Positions 1-13,833 of a DNA stretch of 32,000 nt are shown one piece after another. The stretch covers positions 61,312-93,311 of the forward strand of contig CAKUIA010000009.1 in NCBI GenBank assembly GCA_934660865.1, in the 5' to 3' direction. Within the stretch, counting starts at the first letter, position 1. Each line of letters opens with the position of its first letter. Source of the stretch: an uncultured Opitutales bacterium. GTDB taxonomy: Bacteria > Verrucomicrobiota > Verrucomicrobiia > Opitutales > Intestinicryptomonadaceae. A program made the position numbers and the translations under genes. The notes under the pieces are model-generated. The model was not told the origin of the DNA. It worked only from the letters and a program-made list of their open reading frames with translations, and searched no databases.

Positions 1-966
1 AAAGTCTATAAAGAAATAGTAGTCCCACAACTTGCGCTTGCTCGGGCGCGATTCTATGCGGGTAAGGTTTATGTTCATTCGGTTGAAAGGTACCAAAGCG
101 TCGTACAATGCGCCGGGGCGGTCGTTTACCGAAAGGACAATGCTTGTTTTATATACAACGCCCTCCGATTTCGGAACGGGGTTTTTGCCTATTATAAGAA
201 AGCGCGTTATGTTGTTCTTTTTGTCCTGTATGCCGCGCTCTAAAACGGGCACGCCGTAGGCTTCCGAAGAAATGCTCGAAGCTATCGCGCAAACGCTTGG
301 GTCGCTCTTGGCAAGTTCTACGGCCGCCGTAGTGCTTTCGGTATATACAAATTCGGCTTTTGGCAGGTAGCGGTGCAGCCAGTTGCGGCATTGCCCTATG
401 GCCTGGTCTTTCGAGGCTATTTTCTTTATGCCGTCTAAGGGGCCCGTGCAAAGCAGGCAGTGCTCTATTGCAAGGTATACTTGCCCCAAAATAACAAGCG
501 GGCTTTCAGCAAGCATGTCCATAGAGTGCATAACTGCGCCTTCGGTGGAATTTTCTATGGGTATTACGCCGTAGTCTACCTCATTCATCATCACCGCCGA
601 AAACACGTCTTGTATGGAGTGTATGGCCCTGTATTGCACGCTTTCGCCGAATGCCTTTAGGGCGGCCTGGTGGGTGAATGTGGCGTTGGGCCCCAAAAAG
701 CCAATCAAAAGCTTCTTTTCCGCCGAAATCGACGCCGAAATAATTTCCCTGTAAATCGCCTTAAGCGAATTGTCGGCAATGCGTCCGTTGTTTTTCTTTA
801 AAAGCCTGTCGAAAACCTGAACTTCGCGCCCCGGAACGTAAATCGCCTCGCCGTTCGAGTTTTTTATGTCGCTCATTTGCTTGGCGCAGCTTATGCGCTT
901 TTCAAGCAGGTTCAAAATTTCGCCGTCTATGCTGTCTATGGCGTCTCTTATTTTTTGCTTTTCCAT
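1..966 (-). CDS. pheA: Bifunctional chorismate mutase / prephenate dehydratase (P-protein); C-terminal end cut by window edge
   Basis: Missing from the supplied ORF track because no stop codon lies inside the window. My reverse-strand translation from the ATG at 966-964 stays open to base 1 (322 codons). It reads MEKQKIRDAIDSIDGEILNLLEKRISCAKQM (chorismate mutase helix), LLIGFLGPNATFTHQAALKAFG, GVIPIENSTEGAV and TRFLIIG (prephenate dehydratase), then the ACT-domain text TSIVLSVNDRPGALYDALVPFNRMNINLTRIESRPS...WDYYFFIDF. The start lies 6 nt after the scpB stop on the same strand. Confidence 0.85.
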   Translation of the reverse strand, partial: MEKQKIRDAIDSIDGEILNLLEKRISCAKQMSDIKNSNGEAIYVPGREVQVFDRLLKKNNGRIADNSLKAIYREIISASISAEKKLLIGFLGPNATFTHQAALKAFGESVQYRAIHSIQDVFSAVMMNEVDYGVIPIENSTEGAVMHSMDMLAESPLVILGQVYLAIEHCLLCTGPLDGIKKIASKDQAIGQCRNWLHRYLPKAEFVYTESTTAAVELAKSDPSVCAIASSISSEAYGVPVLERGIQDKKNNITRFLIIGKNPVPKSEGVVYKTSIVLSVNDRPGALYDALVPFNRMNINLTRIESRPSKRKLWDYYFFIDF

Positions 967-971
967 ATTTT

Positions 972-1820
972 CTACGATTTCATTCCGGTATACTCGGAAG
1001 AGCCAAAGTCTTTGTTAAGGTCCTCGAAGGCCGATTCGCCTTGCGGTGTTTGCTGTTGGGCGTTTGCGTCTTCGCCCTTTTCGGTGTCGTGCTTGATTTC
1101 CGACGGGCTTAGACCCATGTCTTTGCCGTCGAAAAGGTCGGGGTTGTTGGCCTTTTTAATCCATTCGGAAATCTGGTTGGGGCTTAATACGTCGGAAGCG
1201 GGCAGTTCGTCTAGCGAGCTTACGCCTATAAACTCCAAAAACTTGTCGGAAGTCGAATATTGTATGGGTCTGCCGGGCAAGTCTGCGCGCCCCTTTATTA
1301 TTATAAGTTCCCTGTCTAGCAGGCGGTTTATTGCCCCGTCGGCATTTACGCCCCTAATTGTTTCAATTTCGGCCCTTGTTACGGGCTGCCTGTAGGCCAC
1401 AATGGCCAAAGTTTCGAGGGCCGCCTGCGAAAGCCTTTGCGGTTTTGGGTCGTTCCTTAAAAGCCTTACCCACTCGGCATAGTCTGCCGAAATCGACATT
1501 CTCCAGCCCTGCGGGCCCTGTATTAGGTTGTACACTTCCTGCGATTCCAAAAGCTCGGCCTGTATTTCCTCTATCGCCTCTCTTATTTGGGTTGCCGTAA
1601 GCAGTGTTGGCACTTGGGCGATAAGGTCTGCCATGGTCGTTTGCCCGTCTTTTGGAGAAGTTTCGTATTCCGAAACATTTGGGTCTTTTTCGGCGGGTGT
1701 TTCGGGCTTTTCGTTTTCCTTATGGTAGCGCGTAATTACGCCCTGTATGTCCTTAATCGACAGCCATTGGCTTGTGGAAAACAGCAAAGCCTTTAAAATC
1801 TTCTTTAAATTAAATTCCAT
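972..1820 (-). CDS. scpB: Segregation and condensation protein B (ScpB)
   Basis: The ORF 972..1886 opens with TTG; the first ATG at 1820 gives MEFNLKKILKALLFSTSQWLSIKD. The winged-helix text QAALETLAIVAYRQPVTRAEIETIRGVNADGAINRLLDRELI...GRADLPGRPIQYSTSDKFLEFIGVSSLDELP is ScpB-like. The protein also has an acidic/Pro-rich insertion near the N-terminus and an acidic C-terminal tail. Confidence 0.85.
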   Translation of the reverse strand: MEFNLKKILKALLFSTSQWLSIKDIQGVITRYHKENEKPETPAEKDPNVSEYETSPKDGQTTMADLIAQVPTLLTATQIREAIEEIQAELLESQEVYNLIQGPQGWRMSISADYAEWVRLLRNDPKPQRLSQAALETLAIVAYRQPVTRAEIETIRGVNADGAINRLLDRELIIIKGRADLPGRPIQYSTSDKFLEFIGVSSLDELPASDVLSPNQISEWIKKANNPDLFDGKDMGLSPSEIKHDTEKGEDANAQQQTPQGESAFEDLNKDFGSSEYTGMKS

Positions 1821-1888
1821 TGGGCTAAAATTTAACTTTGAATTGTTATTGCGATTTGTTAAAAAGTAAACCATAAAAACACACAATT

Positions 1889-3724
1889 ATGTACGACTAT
1901 AAATCAAAGAAGAGTTTTGAAGGCAGAAATATGGCCGGAGCCCGCGCTTTGTGGCGCGCTACGGGAGTTTCCGAAAAGGATTTCGGCAAGCCCATTATTG
2001 CGGTTGTAAATTCGTATACGCAATTTGTGCCCGGGCACGTTCATTTAGACGAGGTAGGCAAATACGTTGCCGAGGAAATCAAGGCTGCAGGCGGCATTCC
2101 CCGCGAGTTCAACACAATAGCCATAGACGACGGCATTGCAATGGGGCACGAGGGTATGCTTTATTCTTTGCCCAGCCGCGAGCTTATTGCCGACAGCGTA
2201 GAGTATATGTGCCAGGCCCACTGTGCAGACGCAATGGTTTGCATTTCGAACTGCGACAAAATCACCCCCGGTATGCTTATGGCTTCGATGAGGCTTAACA
2301 TACCGACTATATTTGTAAGCGGCGGGCCGATGGAGGCGGGCGAGATTGAAGAAAACGGACAATCGCGCCATTTAGACTTAATAGACGCAATGATTCAGGG
2401 CGCAAACCCCAAGGCCGGCGACGCCGAAGTTGCGGCCATAGAAGACAAGGCCTGCCCGACATGCGGTTCGTGCTCGGGTATGTTTACGGCAAATTCAATG
2501 AACTGCCTTTGCGAAGCGATAGGCATGGCGCTTCCCGGCAACGGCACAATGCTTGCAACGCACGAGCTAAGAAAGCAGCTGTTTAAAAAGGCGGCGCACA
2601 GAATAGTTGAAATGGTATCGGAATACTATAAGCACGGCGACACCTCAATTTTGCCGCTTTCGATTGCCGACAAAGACGCATTCTTTAACGCGATGAAGCT
2701 GGACATTGCAATGGGCGGTAGCACAAACACGGTGTTGCACCTGCTTGCGGTTGCAAGGGAGGCCAATGTAGACTTTTCGATGAAAGACATAGACATGCTT
2801 TCGAGAATAACCCCGCATATCTGCAAAGTTGCCCCCAGCACCAATTTGGTTCACGTTCAAGACGTGCACAATGCGGGCGGCATTATGGGCATTATGGGCG
2901 AGCTTGCCAAAAAAGGCCTTGTAAACCTGACAAAGAAAACCGTAAGCGGCAAAACTCTCGGCGAAGAAATCGCCGAAAACGACATTTTAAGCGACAGTGT
3001 TTCGGAGGAAGTTAAAACTTTCTACAAGGCAACTTCGGGCAAACAGCGCACAACAAAGGCCTACAGCCAAAACTGCTATGTGCAAAAGCTCGATACCGAC
3101 CGCAAAAACGGCGCAATACGCTCGGTTGAAAACGCCTTCAGCCAAGACGGCGGTTTGGCGGTTTTGTTCGGCAACATTGCAAAAGACGGCTGCATTGTTA
3201 AAACAGCCGGTGTAGACAAATCCATTTTAACCTTTAAGGGTACAGCCAAAGTATACAATTCCGAAAACGAAGCCTCCGAAGCGATTTTGGGCGGCAAAGT
3301 TTCGCCCGGCGACGTAGTTCTTATTACCTACGAAGGCCCCCGCGGCGGCCCGGGCATGCAGGAAATGCTGTATCCTACCAGCCACTTAAAGAGCATGGGG
3401 CTTGGCAAGCTTTGCGCATTGCTTACCGACGGCAGGTTTTCGGGCGGTACAAGCGGCTTGTCGATTGGCCACGTTTCGCCCGAGGCGGCAGACGGCGGCG
3501 ACATTGCCCTTGTAGAAGACGGCGACTATATTACAATAGACATTCCCGACCGCAAAATTTCGCTTGAAATAGACGAAAACGAAATGGCCGCCCGCCGCGC
3601 AAGAATGCTTGCAAAAGGCGATATGGCATACAAGCCCAAGCGCGATCGCAAAGTAAGCAGGGCTTTGCAGTTTTATGCCAAAAGCGTGTCGTCGGCCGCC
3701 GACGGCGCGGTTAGAAAGCTGTAG
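1889..3724 (+). CDS. ilvD: Dihydroxy-acid dehydratase
   Basis: Full-length 611 aa. Diagnostic text: [39 protein letters not shown] (Fe-S ligand region) and [22 protein letters not shown]. Confidence 0.95.
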   Translation: MYDYKSKKSFEGRNMAGARALWRATGVSEKDFGKPIIAVVNSYTQFVPGHVHLDEVGKYVAEEIKAAGGIPREFNTIAIDDGIAMGHEGMLYSLPSRELIADSVEYMCQAHCADAMVCISNCDKITPGMLMASMRLNIPTIFVSGGPMEAGEIEENGQSRHLDLIDAMIQGANPKAGDAEVAAIEDKACPTCGSCSGMFTANSMNCLCEAIGMALPGNGTMLATHELRKQLFKKAAHRIVEMVSEYYKHGDTSILPLSIADKDAFFNAMKLDIAMGGSTNTVLHLLAVAREANVDFSMKDIDMLSRITPHICKVAPSTNLVHVQDVHNAGGIMGIMGELAKKGLVNLTKKTVSGKTLGEEIAENDILSDSVSEEVKTFYKATSGKQRTTKAYSQNCYVQKLDTDRKNGAIRSVENAFSQDGGLAVLFGNIAKDGCIVKTAGVDKSILTFKGTAKVYNSENEASEAILGGKVSPGDVVLITYEGPRGGPGMQEMLYPTSHLKSMGLGKLCALLTDGRFSGGTSGLSIGHVSPEAADGGDIALVEDGDYITIDIPDRKISLEIDENEMAARRARMLAKGDMAYKPKRDRKVSRALQFYAKSVSSAADGAVRKL

Positions 3725-3730
3725 CTTTTA

Positions 3731-5068
3731 ATGCGCCAATTAAAAGTCTATTTGCGCACCTACGGCTGCCAGATGAACGAGCGCGACAGCGAAAATGTCG
3801 CCGCCCAGTTCGTCGAGCGCGGCCATATTGTTGTAGACAACGAGTTCGACGCCGACGTGTTTTTAATGAACACCTGCTCGGTTAGAGAGCAGGCCGAACT
3901 TAAGGCAATAGGCAAGCTGCGCTACGTTGTCGCCCGCAAAGAACATGGCTTGCCCATAACGGGCGTATTCGGCTGCATGGCGCAAAACAGGGGGCAAAGC
4001 CTTTTTAAACTTTTGCCCGAGCTTGACATTGTAGCCGGCACATGGCACACCCCCAATCTGGTTGATTTTGTCGAAAAGTGCTATGGCGAGCGCGTAAAAA
4101 TTTGCAGGCTCGATTCCGACGAGCAGTCGCACAACAAAATCTACAGGCACTTGCCGAACAAAACGAAAAATCCCGCCGCCTACATTTCCATAATGCAGGG
4201 GTGCTCTATGAAATGCTCGTATTGCATAGTGCCTTTCACGCGCGGCGAAGAGCGTTCCAGACCAATCGACGACATCGTAAAAGAGGCGACTGTTCTCGCC
4301 GAAAGGGGCGTAAAGGAAATATGTCTTTTAGGGCAGGTTGTAAATGCCTACGGGCGCAAAATGCCCATAGGCAAAGACGGCGCTTCGCCGTTTGTGCAGC
4401 TGTTGCGAAAGCTTAACGACATTCCGCAAATAAGCCGCATACGCTTTACATCGCCGCACCCGTCGTTTTTTAGGGACGACCTTATAAAATCGTACGGCTC
4501 GCTGGAAAAGCTGTGCGAGTATGTGCATTTGCCGATACAGTCGGGCAGCGACGAAATTCTAAAAAGAATGAAGCGCCCCTACAGAATTGACATGTTTAAG
4601 CGCATATGCGATTCTTTGCGCGCGCAAGTGCCCGTAATGTCGATTTCGACCGACGTAATTGTAGGCTACCCGCAGGAAAGCCGGCGCGATTTTGAACTGA
4701 CAAAAGAGGCGTTTGAATACTGCAATTTCGACATGGCCTACATCTTTAAATACAGCCCTAGAAAGGGCACGCCGTCGGCGCTGGAAAACGACGACATTCC
4801 CGAAGACGAAAAGGAAAGCCGCAATCAGGAATTGCTGAAAGTGTTGGAAAAACAGTCGATTGCCTTCAACGAAAAGCTTGTGGGAACAACGCAGGAGGTT
4901 TTGTTCGAGGCCGCAGCCCGAAGGGGCGAGGGCGTTTGCATGGGAAGAACCCGCACTCACCGCAAGGTTTTTGCAAAATTCGACGAGCAAAAAATAGGCG
5001 AATTTGCTGACGTTAAAATACAGTCGGCAAGCGTTTCGGCACTGTCGGGAGATGTGGTAAACCCCTAG
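3731..5068 (+). CDS. miaB: tRNA methylthiotransferase (MiaB-type radical SAM enzyme)
   Basis: 445 aa. It has the N-terminal MTTase text YLRTYGCQMNERDSE, the radical-SAM CxxxCxxC motif CSMKCSYCIVP, and a TRAM-like C-terminus. It starts 6 nt after the ilvD stop. Confidence 0.88.
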   Translation: MRQLKVYLRTYGCQMNERDSENVAAQFVERGHIVVDNEFDADVFLMNTCSVREQAELKAIGKLRYVVARKEHGLPITGVFGCMAQNRGQSLFKLLPELDIVAGTWHTPNLVDFVEKCYGERVKICRLDSDEQSHNKIYRHLPNKTKNPAAYISIMQGCSMKCSYCIVPFTRGEERSRPIDDIVKEATVLAERGVKEICLLGQVVNAYGRKMPIGKDGASPFVQLLRKLNDIPQISRIRFTSPHPSFFRDDLIKSYGSLEKLCEYVHLPIQSGSDEILKRMKRPYRIDMFKRICDSLRAQVPVMSISTDVIVGYPQESRRDFELTKEAFEYCNFDMAYIFKYSPRKGTPSALENDDIPEDEKESRNQELLKVLEKQSIAFNEKLVGTTQEVLFEAAARRGEGVCMGRTRTHRKVFAKFDEQKIGEFADVKIQSASVSALSGDVVNP

Positions 5069-5589
5069 TCGGCAAGCGTTGCCGAAATCGAAAACGTGTA
5101 GCCGCCCGAAACGACCTTTGCCATTTCGCCCAATTTTATCTTTTGCGAAAATTTGCACGAATCGTTTTTAAACACCGCCGTTTCGGCACTGTCTTTGTAT
5201 ACGATTTTTACAAGTTCTTTTGCCGAAAATGCGGCGTTTATCTCTGCAAAGCCGTTGTCGTTTGCGGCATATTCCAGCTGCATTTCGTATCCGAATTTCT
5301 CGCCGAGCGTTTTCGACGAAATTTCCCTTTGTATTTTAATGCCGTTTTTTGCCTGCAAGTTCAGGCGGAATTTAAAGTTTGCAACTTCGTCGTTTTCGGC
5401 GTCGAAAACCCTTACAAAAAACACCGCATATTCGCCAAGCCCCTCTTTGTCGGGCTTGTCGGAAACCCTCCACGAATTTTCGTGCGGTATTGTAAATTTG
5501 CCGCCGCGCAGGGGGGCAACGCGCCTTTCGGCAAAGCCCGAAAGCGCAAACAAAATCGAAACGCAAAAAACAAAAATTCTTAAAAACAT
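5065..5589 (-). CDS. Hypothetical secreted protein
   Basis: 174 aa with a signal-like N-terminus MFLRIFVFCVSILFALSGFA and no motif I recognise. It starts 3 nt after the stop of the upstream LptF/G-like gene, so the two look like an operon. Its 3' end overlaps the miaB stop by 4 nt (convergent). Confidence 0.5.
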   Translation of the reverse strand: MFLRIFVFCVSILFALSGFAERRVAPLRGGKFTIPHENSWRVSDKPDKEGLGEYAVFFVRVFDAENDEVANFKFRLNLQAKNGIKIQREISSKTLGEKFGYEMQLEYAANDNGFAEINAAFSAKELVKIVYKDSAETAVFKNDSCKFSQKIKLGEMAKVVSGGYTFSISATLAD

Positions 5590-5592
5590 AAG

Positions 5593-6738
5593 CTACGTTC
5601 TGTTTGCCCTAAACATTAGGCAAATGCCCAAAATCTGGAATATTATGTTGGGCAGCCAAATCAAAATGTCGGGTCTAAATTCGGGCACGGCTTCAAGCCA
5701 CGTTATAAATACGGTGCTCATATAGTAGGTCATAGCCAGTGCCAGCGCAATGCCCACGTTTGCCAAAGTTTCCGATCTCGACGCCTTTATGCCAAGCGGA
5801 ATTGCCAAAACAACCATCGAAAATATCGAAAAGGCCATTGCAAAATTCTTTTGTATCTGCGTTTGAACCTTGATTTTGTCCCTAAAAATCATCTCTTTAG
5901 TAAGGTCTTTTTCGGGCACGCTGTGCCACGTTTTGCGGGCGTTCATCAACTCGCCGAATGTCATTAGCGAAAGCTTTTTCTTTTGCCCCGAAAACGACTG
6001 GAATATCTTGTTAAGCGGCAGCTTTATCAAAAACTCTTTCGACTCGAATACGGTAAGCGGCTTCGAAAAATCGTCGTCTAAAACGCTTCGGCGCTGTTCG
6101 GTTATCGAGTATTCGGGGCGAATCATAATCTCTTCGTTGGCGTCGTCGTACCAAATAGAGCCGCGCTTTGCGCTAAGGGCGCTTTTTATGTCGCCGTTAG
6201 GGTCTATCTCCCAAATGCGCAGCCCCGTAAGGCCGTTTTTGTCGGCGTCGTTTGCGTATATTATGTAGCCGGGGAAATCCTTAATAAACACTCCCGGCTG
6301 AATAAACCTAAGGGGATTGTTCCTTACAAGGTTTTTAAGGGCGCTTTTGTAGGTATAGTCGGCAACGGGGGCATAGTAGAAATTTATGCCCACCGAAAAT
6401 ATCGAGGCTAAAATGGAAATCAAAAACACGGGGCACGCCATGCTAAAGAGCGAAACGCCGCCGGCTTTCATTGCGGTGATTTCGCTTTGCGCCGACATTC
6501 TGCCGAACACCAGCAAAATGCCCGTAAGCATGCCCAATGGCAACGCGTAGGGGATTACCCCGGGTATAATAAGGCAAATTATGTATACAAAAAAGCCGAA
6601 GTCTATTTTTCCCGAGGCCACATCGCCCATAACCTCTTTAATTACATTGCCCAAAACGAGAACGAACACGAAAAGCCCCACCGTCATTCCCGCGGCGGCG
6701 GCCACCTGTTTTAATATATATTTATGCAGCGTTCTCAT
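5593..6738 (-). CDS. LptF/LptG (YjgP/YjgQ) family LPS export permease
   Basis: The ORF 5593..6771 opens with TTG; the first ATG at 6738 gives MRTLHKYILKQVAAAAGMTVGLFVFVLVLGNVIKEV. The layout is N-terminal TM helices, a soluble middle region and C-terminal TM helices, as in LptF/G. I cannot tell whether it is F or G. Confidence 0.8.
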   Translation of the reverse strand: MRTLHKYILKQVAAAAGMTVGLFVFVLVLGNVIKEVMGDVASGKIDFGFFVYIICLIIPGVIPYALPLGMLTGILLVFGRMSAQSEITAMKAGGVSLFSMACPVFLISILASIFSVGINFYYAPVADYTYKSALKNLVRNNPLRFIQPGVFIKDFPGYIIYANDADKNGLTGLRIWEIDPNGDIKSALSAKRGSIWYDDANEEIMIRPEYSITEQRRSVLDDDFSKPLTVFESKEFLIKLPLNKIFQSFSGQKKKLSLMTFGELMNARKTWHSVPEKDLTKEMIFRDKIKVQTQIQKNFAMAFSIFSMVVLAIPLGIKASRSETLANVGIALALAMTYYMSTVFITWLEAVPEFRPDILIWLPNIIFQILGICLMFRANRT

Positions 6739-6824
6739 TGTACAGAGCAATAAAATAAAAAAGAGCGGCAATATTTCGCAATATTAAAAACCGCCCTTTT
6801 TAAAAAATTATCGCCTAAAGATAA

Positions 6825-7814
6825 TTACAAGCCCAAAGACTGCTTGATGATTGCCTGTTCGTCGAGCAATTCCTTGTTCGAGGCGGCAATCTTTTCCTTT
6901 GCGTAGTCGTTAAGCTCTATGCCCTGAACAACAGTCCAGTTTACGCCGTCTTCGGTGCGAACGGGCAGCGAAGTGATTGCGCCTTTGGGTGTGTTGTAGC
7001 TGCCGTCGGAGCATACGCATACGCTGAAGTATTCGCCCTTGGGGGTGGGGGTGATAAGGTGCTTTACGGTTTCTATTGCCGCATTTGCCGCGCTTGCCGC
7101 GCTCGACAAACCGCGGGCCGCTATAACGGCTGCGCCCCTCTTTTGAACCGTGGGGATAAATGTGTCTTTAAACCAGGCTTCGTCGTTGATAACTTCGGTT
7201 GCCTTTTTGCCGCCTATAAGGGCATTGGTGTAGTCGGGGAACTGTGTGGACGAGTGGTTGCCCCAAATTACCATGTTCTTTACTTCGGTGGTGTCGACCC
7301 CCGCTTTTTGTGCGAGCTGCGCCTTTGCGCGGTTTTCGTCGAGCATTGTCATTGCAAACCACCTGTTTTCGGGAATCTTCGGCGAGCTGTGTTTGCCAAT
7401 CCATGCGTTTGTGTTGCAGGGGTTGCCGACAACCAAAATGCGGACGTCGGGGGCTGCGTTTTCTTCGATAGCTTTGCCCTGGCCCACAAAGATTTTGCCG
7501 TTAATGCCGAGCAAGTCGCTTCTTTCCATGCCGGCTTTGCGGGGAACGCTGCCTACCAACAAGGCCCAGTTTACGTCTTTAAAACCTTCGTTCGGGTCGC
7601 TCGTGCAGGTGATTTTCTTTAGAGTGGGGAACGCACAGTCGTCCAACTCCATCTTAACGCCTTCAAGGGCTTTCATTGCGGGGGCGATTTCGATAAGGCT
7701 CAACTCTACGGGTTGGTCTTTGCCGAAAACATCGCCGCAAGCGATTCTGAACAAGAGGGAGTAGGCTATCTGACCGGCCGCTCCCGTTACTGCTACTTTA
7801 ATAGGTTTTTTCAT
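6825..7814 (-). CDS. mdh: NAD-dependent malate dehydrogenase (LDH-like long form)
   Basis: 329 aa. Diagnostic text: [19 protein letters not shown] (Rossmann fold), [23 protein letters not shown] and [12 protein letters not shown]. Confidence 0.9.
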   Translation of the reverse strand: MKKPIKVAVTGAAGQIAYSLLFRIACGDVFGKDQPVELSLIEIAPAMKALEGVKMELDDCAFPTLKKITCTSDPNEGFKDVNWALLVGSVPRKAGMERSDLLGINGKIFVGQGKAIEENAAPDVRILVVGNPCNTNAWIGKHSSPKIPENRWFAMTMLDENRAKAQLAQKAGVDTTEVKNMVIWGNHSSTQFPDYTNALIGGKKATEVINDEAWFKDTFIPTVQKRGAAVIAARGLSSAASAANAAIETVKHLITPTPKGEYFSVCVCSDGSYNTPKGAITSLPVRTEDGVNWTVVQGIELNDYAKEKIAASNKELLDEQAIIKQSLGL

Positions 7815-8260
7815 AATAGTTATGTAGTATATAAAATCGATTAAAAGCTTTTTGCTATATTTTTATCCGTACATTTCTACCACCATTGTCGAAGAATGCA
7901 AGCTATAATACGCAATTTTTTTGCGGGTTAAATTTTTTGTAAATACGCCTCTAAAATTGCCGATTTACGGTTTTGTTTGCCCGCACTTGCGTTAAAGCCT
8001 AAAACAAAACATCTTCATATTTAAAATTTATCGAAATTATCATTTATTTTGATTGACTTTATTGTTAGGAATTTTTGAATTATGTTAAGTTTGCTGGCTT
8101 TTGTGCGTGGTTTTTGCAAAAAACGCGCCGAATTTCGGCAAAATTCTCTTATTTATTTCCCCAAAAATAAGATAAGAAAACAAGGAAGAATAATTAGTCG
8201 GAGCGGCATTTTCTCGCGGTTTCGGCTTAGGAATAACACAACTATATAAATACCAAAAAA

Positions 8261-11059
<2,799 letters not shown>

Positions 11060-11091
11060 TTGTCGGAAGTATAACATCTAAAAAACAAAAA

Positions 11092-11124
11092 GCCTCCGAA
11101 GTTTTTTTTCGGAGGTTTTTTTTG
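11092..11124. terminator. Bidirectional rho-independent terminator between ppdK and the MFS gene
   Basis: The stem CCTCCGAA (11093-11100) pairs with TTCGGAGG (11108-11115). A T-run follows on the plus strand (11116-11123) and an A-rich run precedes it, which reads as a T-run on the minus strand. It lies between two convergent genes. Confidence 0.7.
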
Positions 11125-11160
11125 CGTTTTTATCGGGCTTGGAATTTTTTAATTTTCGCC

Positions 11161-12378
11161 TTATTGCGGTTTGTTAAGCGATTTTTCCTTCATTGCCTTT
11201 ATTGTTCTAACTTTCGGCAAAAAGTAGGCTACAATGCCCAGTAGCGGCAAAAATGCGCATATGGAATATACAAATTCTATGCCGTATACGTCGGCAATTT
11301 TGCCGAGTGTTGCCGAGGCAATGCCCGCCATGCCGAACGAAAAGCCGAAAAATATTCCCGAAATAAGCCCGACTTTGTGCGGCATTAGCTCTTGTGCGTA
11401 AACCAATATTGCCGAAAATGCCGACGACATTATAAAGCCTATTATTGCGCTTAAAACTATGGTGCACTCGAAATTTGCATAGGGCATTAAAAGCGCAAAA
11501 GGCGCCGATCCCAAAATGGACCACCATATTACCAAGCGGCGCCCGTATTTGTCGCCCAAAGGCCCGCCGATAAGTGTGCCCAAAGCCGCCGAAAACAAAA
11601 ACACAAAAAGAAGGGCTTGCGCCGTTTGCACGCTGGCCGAAAACTTGTGCATTAAGTAAAAAGTGTAGTAGCTTGAAATGCTTGAGGTGTAGAAATTTTT
11701 TGAAAACACCAAAAACATTAAAAGCGAGATTATGAAAATTACCGTGCGTTTTGGCAGTGTTGCCTGCGGTGTTTGCCGCGCGTTTGTTGCGGCGTTTTGC
11801 ATGTTTTGCCTTATGCGGCGGTAATACCACCTGCAGGCGGGCAGCATTGCAAACAAAGCTACTATGCCCAACAGCGCAAACTTTATCATTCCCGACTGCG
11901 TTCTTAAAAACATTGCAGCCAAAAGCGGGCCAAGCGCATAGCCGGTAGAGCCGCCCACTTGGAATATGGATTGGGCCAAGCCCCTTTTGCCGCCCGAGGC
12001 AAACGAGGTTATTTTAGAGGCTTCGGGGTGTATTACCGACGAGCCTATGCCCGAAAAGAAAACCGACGCCATTAAACAGTATATATTGGGCGAAAGCGAT
12101 ATGCCCGCAATGCCGAGCATTGTGCTGCACATGCCCAAAGGCAAAAACAGCGCGCTCGGTTTTTTGTCCATAATGTAGCCGAAAATAGGCTGCATTATAG
12201 ACGACGAAATTTGGTATGTAAAAATAACCATGCCAACCTGTGCATAGCTTAGCGCCATTTCGCTTTTTATTACGGGGTACATTGCCGAAATTACCGACTG
12301 TATGGAGTCGTTAAACCCGTGCGCCATCGAAAGCGATACGAGAATTGAAAACATAAATGCGCTATTTTTCTTTTGCAT
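11161..12378 (-). CDS. MFS transporter (Fsr/fosmidomycin-resistance-like subfamily)
   Basis: 405 aa and hydrophobic throughout, with about 12 predicted TM segments. The N-terminal text FSILVSLSMAHGFNDSIQSVISAMYPVIK...IMQPIFGYIMDK resembles Fsr-type MFS proteins. The substrate is unknown. Confidence 0.8.
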   Translation of the reverse strand: MQKKNSAFMFSILVSLSMAHGFNDSIQSVISAMYPVIKSEMALSYAQVGMVIFTYQISSSIMQPIFGYIMDKKPSALFLPLGMCSTMLGIAGISLSPNIYCLMASVFFSGIGSSVIHPEASKITSFASGGKRGLAQSIFQVGGSTGYALGPLLAAMFLRTQSGMIKFALLGIVALFAMLPACRWYYRRIRQNMQNAATNARQTPQATLPKRTVIFIISLLMFLVFSKNFYTSSISSYYTFYLMHKFSASVQTAQALLFVFLFSAALGTLIGGPLGDKYGRRLVIWWSILGSAPFALLMPYANFECTIVLSAIIGFIMSSAFSAILVYAQELMPHKVGLISGIFFGFSFGMAGIASATLGKIADVYGIEFVYSICAFLPLLGIVAYFLPKVRTIKAMKEKSLNKPQ

Positions 12379-12544
12379 ATTCTATACGCGGTTTAACCGT
12401 ATTTTTTTATAAATCAAGCATTTTTATTTTTATGCAACATTCGGCTTATATAATGCGCAAAAGATATGTTTTTTTGTGAATATAAAAATCTTAAAATTTT
12501 CTTGAATCGATATACTGCAACTGTTAGACGTTTTACTTAAACTT

Positions 12545-13777
12545 ATGAAAACCTTATTTAAAGCGTCAATAGCACTAATACTAACTTCGTTTTTCGGCAT
12601 TTTGAATGCCGAAACAATGAAAAGCATTCAAGATTACGGGGTGTTGCCCACCAACAGTCCCGAAGTTAACCGCGACAACCTGCAAAAGGCCATAGACGAA
12701 GCCACCGACAACGGCGGAATTTTGTTTGTGCCGCCCGTAGCAAGGGGCTACCCGATAGCCAGCGGCGTAATTTTAAAGCGCAATGTTTCGCTTGTAGGCG
12801 CAAACGGGCCTTTGGGCAGGGGTTCTACTGTAGAATTTAAAACGCACCCTAAATTTGAGCCTGCAGGTTCCACATTCAGAATAATGGACGCCGAAAAACC
12901 CTTTATCACGGTTTCGCACGCAACCAAAATAAAGGGCATACAGTTCTATTATCCGAAACAGGGGCGCACTCCCGAAACGATAATAAAATACCCGCCCACG
13001 ATTCAGCAGGACACCTATGCCAATTCGGTAACTTTGCAAGAGCTTACCTTTTGGGGCGAATATATTGCAATGAATTTTGCCGACACAAAGGGCACTTGCG
13101 AGCAGATTTTGATAGAGCACTGCTACGGCTACCCCTATAGCGGCGAGTTTATAAGAATAGACCACTGCGCCGACATAAACAGAATTTTGCACTGCCACAT
13201 AAACCCCGACAATATGAGGGGCTTTAGGGGCACTATGCCAAAGTCGGTAATAGACCATATTGTAGCGCAGAAAAAGTACGCAATATGGGTGGGCCGCGGC
13301 GACAACATTGTTATAATGGACTTGCACGTTTTCGGTCTATACGGGGCTTGCTACTTTAGCACGGCAAGCTACGGGCAGCTTACAAGCTTTTCGTTCGACT
13401 GCGTAGTTAACGGTATCTATAAAAAAGGCGGCGGGCAAAAGCACCACCAGTGGATGATTTCGCAAGGCTCCATAATTGCGAATGCGGGAACAAATATAGA
13501 CGAAGTTTGGCCTATTGTTATAGAGGGGCAAGGGCACACTTCCATTGCCAATGTAGAGGCCTTTTCGGGCGGAAACGGAGCAATTACAAATGTTGGCGCC
13601 TCCAAAGGATTTTTGCTTGTAAAGGGCAACGACCCCCTAACTGTTGCCTTAAACGCCTGCCGAATGAACAACTATGTAGACGACGAACCCATACAGGTGA
13701 AAAACAAAAAGGCAAGCCTTAGGGCAAGAGACTGCGTGGGCAAAGATTTGCAGTTTTTCGACTTGGAAATAAAATAG
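12545..13777 (+). CDS. Secreted right-handed beta-helix protein (pectate-lyase-superfamily / GH55-GH28-like N-terminus), paralogue 1
   Basis: 410 aa with signal peptide MKTLFKASIALILTSFFGILNA. The text IQDYGVLPTNSPEVNRDNLQKAIDEA..GGILFVPP..GYP is the typical opening of pectate-lyase-3-type beta-helix domains. Confidence 0.7.
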   Translation: MKTLFKASIALILTSFFGILNAETMKSIQDYGVLPTNSPEVNRDNLQKAIDEATDNGGILFVPPVARGYPIASGVILKRNVSLVGANGPLGRGSTVEFKTHPKFEPAGSTFRIMDAEKPFITVSHATKIKGIQFYYPKQGRTPETIIKYPPTIQQDTYANSVTLQELTFWGEYIAMNFADTKGTCEQILIEHCYGYPYSGEFIRIDHCADINRILHCHINPDNMRGFRGTMPKSVIDHIVAQKKYAIWVGRGDNIVIMDLHVFGLYGACYFSTASYGQLTSFSFDCVVNGIYKKGGGQKHHQWMISQGSIIANAGTNIDEVWPIVIEGQGHTSIANVEAFSGGNGAITNVGASKGFLLVKGNDPLTVALNACRMNNYVDDEPIQVKNKKASLRARDCVGKDLQFFDLEIK

Positions 13778-13833
13778 TAAAAACATACATTGCTACCCGC
13801 ATTTTTGCGGAGCGTACATAAAAAAAGAGGAAG

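Noticed and set aside
12430-12627. Two minus-strand 65-67-aa ORFs (12430..12627 and 13719..13922), both beginning MLFIVSAFKMP, which look like a repeated small gene.
   Set aside because: They are the antisense image of the duplicated signal-peptide and N-terminal region of the tandem beta-helix genes. The shared text simply reflects that duplication.
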